Below are positions 36,401 through 41,813 of a stretch of DNA of 41,813 bases, piece by piece. The notes under the pieces are model-generated. The model had not been told where the DNA came from, ran no database searches, and was given only the letters and a program-made list of their open reading frames with translations. This stretch comes from Mesotaenium endlicherianum (Eukaryota), in assembly GCA_009602735.1 (NCBI GenBank), contig WELA01000201.1, forward strand, positions 74,718-116,530, in the 5' to 3' direction. The first letter of the stretch is position 1, and the number at the start of each line of letters is the position of its first letter. The translations under genes and the position numbers were made by a program.

Positions 36401-37934
36401 CTGACGCTGCTGCTCCACCGGGCCTTGAGCTTCATGCTGTAGCGCAGAAAGCCTTGCGCTGGGAGGACACCTGTCGATAGCAGGGGGGTCTGCCGTGTAG
36501 CGGGTTTCTTGCGGAAGGAGGGCACTTCCTGACAAGAGTGGCTGCCATTTTTTCCCTCTTCTTCTATTCCTTCTCCTGTGCTGAATGTTGCCTCATGGCA
36601 CCCCCCTTCTTTGATTGATTGACTGACTGATTGATTAATTAATAAGGTCAGAAGGAGGGAGGGTTAAGAGCACATTCAAACAGCCACTTGGGAATGTACA
36701 AACATACCCGGTTTGTTGACAGGAGTATTTGAGAGCCGGGCAACAGAGGGGGCTGAGTTGGCGAGCACACAGAGCGCAGAGCCAATTGTGGTTCCCATCG
36801 GTCAGCGCTGATCTATTGCACAGCCTTCAGTGCTGTCACTTGTCAGTCTGTCACGGCTTCTCCCGCTACAGTTTCTTGCGTCCTGGGCCCATCGCTCTTG
36901 CCGCTTCCATCTGTTTGCGGATTGGTCGTCCATGGCATGCACGTTACGGCTGGCAAGCAAAAGCTGCCACGCTCATAACAAAGTCCGTTGCTGGACTTTT
37001 TGGGGGCTGGTATCTTCCGAGAAGGAGCCTCGGCCACGCACCTTTGCGAGCAAGCGTCACGAAGAGATGTGGCAGCGTCGGTAATCAAAAAAGCACAGTA
37101 GCAGCTAAAGTTTGGAATTAGCTTGTTCTCTGACAGTTCATCCCAGCACTGGCTCATTGTGCACGCTGCGCTCGCTCGCGCCTGAGGGAGGCGCTCTCCA
37201 GCTGCGCTGCACATCCTAACTATGCGGGCGAGCTGGCTGCCTGCATGAGTGACTCAGCATGCACCTTGTGCTCTGCGCTCTCGCCGGGCGCAGGGTGAGT
37301 CCGCCCGCACGAGGCATCCTCTCACATAGAGCTGCCGGAGGTATACTGCGCACGTTGTATGCACGCCGCACTCGCTCGTGCGTGAGGTTAGACAACTCAA
37401 CGCAGGTCATCCTATCGTACAGGGACCTATCAGCACCTGCAGGCGGGCAGCAAGGAGAGAGGTAGCGGTACAAGCCCATGCGTGGGGACCAACCCCACCG
37501 CCTCTAGCTGCATGCCCCCCCCCACCCCTCCCGCTCCCCTCACCTTTCCGCGCCCAACCCGCCGCTCCACCGCCACCGCGCCACCATCCACACCCCCGTC
37601 GCCCCCCATCCAACCTTTGTTGCCACCTGTCGCCGCTCCCCTGCAGGTGGTGCTGCCAGCTGTCCCGCCGAGCGTCACGGTGGTGGCCGTGGGCCTGGGC
37701 AGCGCCGAGAACGCGCGCAGGTTTGCGGGCGCGCTCGACTTCCCCCTGGAGCTGCTGCATGCCGACCCCGACGGCTCGCTCTACCGGGCCCTGGGGTTCT
37801 CCCCGGGCTTTGGGGAGAGCGTGGGCGTGAGCCCCTACCTCAAGCTGCTGCCCATGCTCATGGGCATCGGCAGCCCCGGCACCATCCAAGAGGTGGGCCT
37901 GCGCTTGTCCCCCGCGCGTGCGTATCTACGCACT

Positions 37935-38029
<95 letters not shown>

Positions 38030-39241
38030 ATGTACTTGTGTATGTGTGTGCATGTGCGCGCAGGCATGTGTGTGTGCGTGTGCGTGCGTGTGCGTGTGCG
38101 TGCCTGTGCGTGCGTGTGCGTGTGCGTGCCTGTGCGTGCGTGTGTGCGTGTGTGTGCTCCTTACCCTGTGCCTGTCAAAGCTCCCGTTGTGCCTTTGGGG
38201 TGCCTGTACCTTCCCGAAGAGCCTGTCTGCGTCCCCCTCTACCCCCGCTCTGCCCCCACCCTCTGCTGCCGGGCTGCATTGTGTCCCTCTTCATTCCCTT
38301 TCCTCCATCCTCCTGCTGCCCTGGACTTAGGCTGCTCAGGCTGTTGGACGTTGGCTGCTGCCGTCGACAACACTCTGGCACAGGCTAGCAGTAGGCAGCA
38401 GCTGGGTGGGGGCCGCCCTGGCCTGGAGTGGTGCGTGGGGCCATGTCGAGTGCTGTTCGTCTTTGTACTTTTTGGCTCCTCCTCCTCCTTCTCCTATTCC
38501 TAGCACCCCAGTCCAATGAGGGCAGCATGGAGCTGACTGAGCAAAGCGTCAGATTGCAAGCAGCAGGGCAAGAGAGGAGGTGGCACGGCTGGTCTGGGAT
38601 GCGTGTACAAAGGGGCTCCTCTGGTGTAGCAAAGGGTACTACAAAAAAGCCGTCAATTCTGTCCCAAGCCCACTCGGCTGACTCTGCTCGCCATGCACGT
38701 CGGCTGTTTCGTTCGTTCATGCGTAGGGAAGAGGGGGGCACAGACGACATGTCACGGTAATGCAGTTTCTTTCTTCATTTCCAACGTCGTCATAGATCTC
38801 ATACCCACACCTGGGCCCCCTTGCTCTCTCCGCACATCCAAAGCCGGCCGATAGGGGAGATGTGAACACTGACGCACGGTTTTTTTGTTTCATTTTGTTT
38901 TCATCTGTTATATTGTTTTGCAGGTGCTGCGTGGATACGTCGGCGACCGCGGCAGCAAGCCCGTGTTTGACGGGCAGACACCTTTCGACATCCTGGGCAC
39001 GGGATACCAGCGCCCTTTTGAGCTGGCCTCCCTGCGCCTCATGAACATGGTGGGCATTCTGCCCAAGTGGGGGGAGCTCTGCCCGCCCAAGACGGAGCTG
39101 CTGACTCAGCAGGGCGGCACGCTTGTGTTTGACGGGGACAGGGAGATCTTCCGCCACACGGACTCGGGCATTCTGAAGTACACGCGCGTCGATGCTCTGA
39201 TTGACTCCTTGCAAATTGCGCCGGCCTTCACCGACGTGTGA
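33455..39241 (+). CDS. AhpC/TSA antioxidant-enzyme-like (PRXL2/AAED1-type thioredoxin fold) protein, ~330 aa, probably plastid-targeted
   Basis: Exons 33455-33527 (tentative), 33722-33958, 35701-35819, 37647-37892 and 38924-39241; phases are consistent. Motifs [83 protein letters not shown] and HTDSGIL are typical of algal/cyanobacterial peroxiredoxin-like proteins. The S/R/A-rich N-terminal extension suggests a transit peptide. Confidence 0.85.
35820..36320 (+). repeat. ~500-bp near-pure polypyrimidine (CT-rich) tract in intron
   Basis: ctcccct/ctctccc low-complexity run seen directly. Confidence 0.85.
37935..38156. repeat. (GT)n/(GA)n/(GTGC)n compound microsatellite in intron
   Basis: Seen directly. 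Confidence 0.9.
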
Positions 39242-39973
39242 AACCGAAGCTGAACGTTGCTCCAATTTTTTGTTCTCTGCCTGGAGCTTGAGCAGTAGCT
39301 GAGTTCTAGGCTTAGCCTTGCAAATCACTCGCCTCCCTAAGTGAGAATGTATGTGAGTGCACCCGGTAATTGACCTTATTCAGCTTATGAAAAGCTTGTA
39401 GTGCATATGCTCTGTAACGTACAGCTCACTTTTGTTTTGCAAAAAGATGTGTCTCGGCTTCTTGTTTCATTTTTGCCATTCTTATGAGACATCTTGTGCC
39501 GGAGAAAGTCTGGGATAGGCAGAGAGGAAGCATCGTGTGGCCAGAATAGTAATTGTTGAAATAAATCTAACTAGCAAGTTACCGAATCCACATGTTCATC
39601 CTTCTAACTATTGCACCCTGGAGCATTGTTGCGAGTGCATCATTCACAATGAATCAAGCATGCTGCAATTGTGTACGATGTGTACGTCTATGCATCCCAC
39701 TAGCAGGAGAAACGGTCTCGAAGTGCAAGTAGAGGACTTCGATTAGGAATGAAAACCATCTTATTAGTTTGTGAATTAGGAGCATGGCTGTGATCATGGA
39801 AATCATGAGCAACGGGGGAGGTGCTCGCGGAAGAACAGTCCAACTGTAGTGAGAAAGCGGAATCAGCAGAGACTGCACACAAGTTCACTTCAAGATTGAA
39901 TGAACCCCCTTATTGTAGACTTGACTGTCCAACCGCCCCCATGCACGCGGTCAACGAGGGAGGAGAAACGGCA

Positions 39974-40582
39974 TCACTCGTCCATCATCTGTACAGCTGG
40001 TCGATGCTTGTGTGCGTTAACAAACTCCTCGATGCGGGCCTTGAGCTCTTCGTCTGGCTGCAGCATCTCGGGCGTGCAGTGCGCTCGGTTGAAGGGATCC
40101 TTCTGAACATCCACCCCCCACCGCAAAGCATTACGAGTGAGAGCTCGATGTCAGCCCCACACGGCCCACAGCAGATAATGGATGCCAGATAGCCCTACAC
40201 GTGCTGCCCGTGAGCGTGCCCGTGAGCGTCTGCTGGTGCACATGCATAAGGAGACATGCGTGGACAAACGTAAGCAGGCACGCAGGCACACGTGCGCACA
40301 CGCGCTAGCACACACACACACAAAAACACTCGCATATTCACACGCTCACTCTCCCCCTCATGTACACACTTTTGCACAGCAGTATACCCATGCACCAAAT
40401 TTGGCTTCAGCACAATGCTGACGAGCTCAGGGTAGGCTGCAGGAGCAGCTGCGCTGCAGCGCCACTGTAGCCAAGGGGAAGGCAAGAAACCTTACAGGGT
40501 CGCTGAGTAGGTGGCGCAAGATGACGACGCGGTCCATGGTGTTGCCAGATGGCAGCTTGACAGGGTCCCTCATCAACGTACA
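39974..40582 (-). CDS. UFD2: Ubiquitin conjugation factor E4 (UFD2/UBE4/PUB1), last two exons encoding the U-box C-terminus; gene continues beyond the window
   Basis: Exon 40582-40496 reads [29 protein letters not shown]. Exon 40102-39974 reads [42 protein letters not shown]. The intron is GT-AG, phase 0. RHLLSD-xx-DPFNR is the UFD2 U-box signature. The upstream EFLDPI exon was not found in the window. Confidence 0.9.
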
Positions 40583-41813
40583 CTGCAGCAAGGCCCAGAA
40601 TCAAACGACACGACAGAAGAGATTCAGATGCAAGCAGAGCCCCCAGCAGCCGCACCCTGCGCGGCAAGCAGCAGCCATTGCCGGCTGCTGTGGCAGCCTG
40701 CCCCTTGGCGCTTTGTCCCAACGTCAGAGAGTCTCCTCTTGTTCCCAGGGCTCTGTGCGCACCCGCGCCCAGACCCCAACTCTCACGCCGGGCTTTGGAG
40801 TGCACTTGCGAGCTGCGCCTTGAGAGAACTGGCATCCACTCAAACTCGACTGTTGCACAAGGTGTATAAGGAGGTACTGACATCCCCGGCATCCCCAGGT
40901 TGTAAAGGACTGGGCAGGTAGGCAGTGAGTAAGCAGGCTCTTCTGCTTAGCCTCAGCTCTGGCACAAGCAGGCTGGGGGCGGAGCAGGGGGAGAGGAGGA
41001 GATGCGCAAGCCAGGGCAGAAGGGGAGCCTCCAAGTTCCCCTCGAGGGCTCAGCTAAGCACCAATAGAACTTCTGCCCTGGATCTGATCGATTGGCAGAT
41101 AGACCGAGACTTTGAGGGGGGGGGGGAGACGAGAATGCAGCAGTAGCGGCAGCTGAGGGAGGGGGGGAGGGGGGTGCAAGGATGCAATGGCAATGACAGC
41201 CAAGGGGGAGGAAGGCGAACGATGGCCCGCAGGCATCTGCCTCTCTGCAGCCGTAATGGAGCAGACGACCGGAGAAAGAGGGCCCCTCGCGCCACTTGCG
41301 GTACGAGTGGCAGTACCACTCGTACTGCAGTGAGTGCAGTACGCAGCCGAGCTGTGTGCGCTGCTGCGAGGATGCAGGAGCGGCAAGGGGGGGAGAGGAG
41401 GGAGGGGAGGGGAGGGGAGGGGATTGATAGTCCGCAATGCAGGCATCTCCCTCTGCAGCTGATATGATCGAGCAGCGGCCGGCAGGCAGGGGCCCCTCCT
41501 CACCATGCGCCCTTGCCGGGGGGGGAACCTGGAGGGTATAACAGCTAAGGGGAAAGGAGAGGGGGGATGCCATGCAACTGGTGGAGTGGCAAGGACTAGT
41601 AGGCAGGCGGTTAGCGGGCGGGCTGATGTGCAGTCTAGAGAGCGTGAGGATGCATAAAGAGAGCTTCATCTGGCAACTGCGCGGAAGCTGGGTGGCGAGC
41701 ATGCAGGCGAGCAAAGGGGCGTACGCAGGCGCACGGGCGGCCAGGCAGGCAGGCAGGGGAGAGGCGGCCGGGGGCCGGGGGGGGAGGGGCCAAGGGGGGG
41801 GGGGCAGAGGGGG

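Noticed and set aside
384..40582. Functional ubiquitin-system cluster (cullin-like, ankyrin, UFD2)
   Set aside because: The genes are separated by unrelated loci and belong to large common classes; nothing indicates co-regulation.
40583..41813. ORFs 40407-40892, 40953-41714 and 41054-41506 as further genes or UFD2 exons
   Set aside because: No UFD2 motif (expected EFLDPI) or other recognisable domain; treated as UFD2 intron.

Overview
Eukaryotic nuclear DNA: GC-rich, intron-rich and microsatellite-rich, with five N-gaps. It is probably from a streptophyte (charophyte-grade) green alga, inferred from TIME FOR COFFEE, plant-type UFD2 and the intron style. Most of the ORF track is shadow or repeat noise. 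Manual splicing gives six genes: (1) a cullin N-terminal-repeat-only protein (+; most of it present twice, apparently identically, across a gap); (2) a 4-exon ankyrin-repeat protein with a C-terminal Cys cluster (-); (3) a 5-exon fatty-acid-hydroxylase-superfamily di-iron membrane enzyme, nearly invisible in the ORF track (+); (4) a very large, about 16-exon TIME FOR COFFEE homolog with a 3.5-kb polyQ/G-rich exon (-); (5) an AhpC/TSA-like (PRXL2/AAED1-type) protein lacking the CxxC motif (+); (6) the last two exons of a UFD2/UBE4 U-box ligase (-). I found no RNA genes, CRISPR arrays or intact transposons. The best novelty candidates are the truncated 'decoy-like' cullin and a pattern in which three neighbouring genes carry intronic tandem repeats built from splice-site or branch-point sequence. 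All gene models and family assignments were made by eye, without searches.
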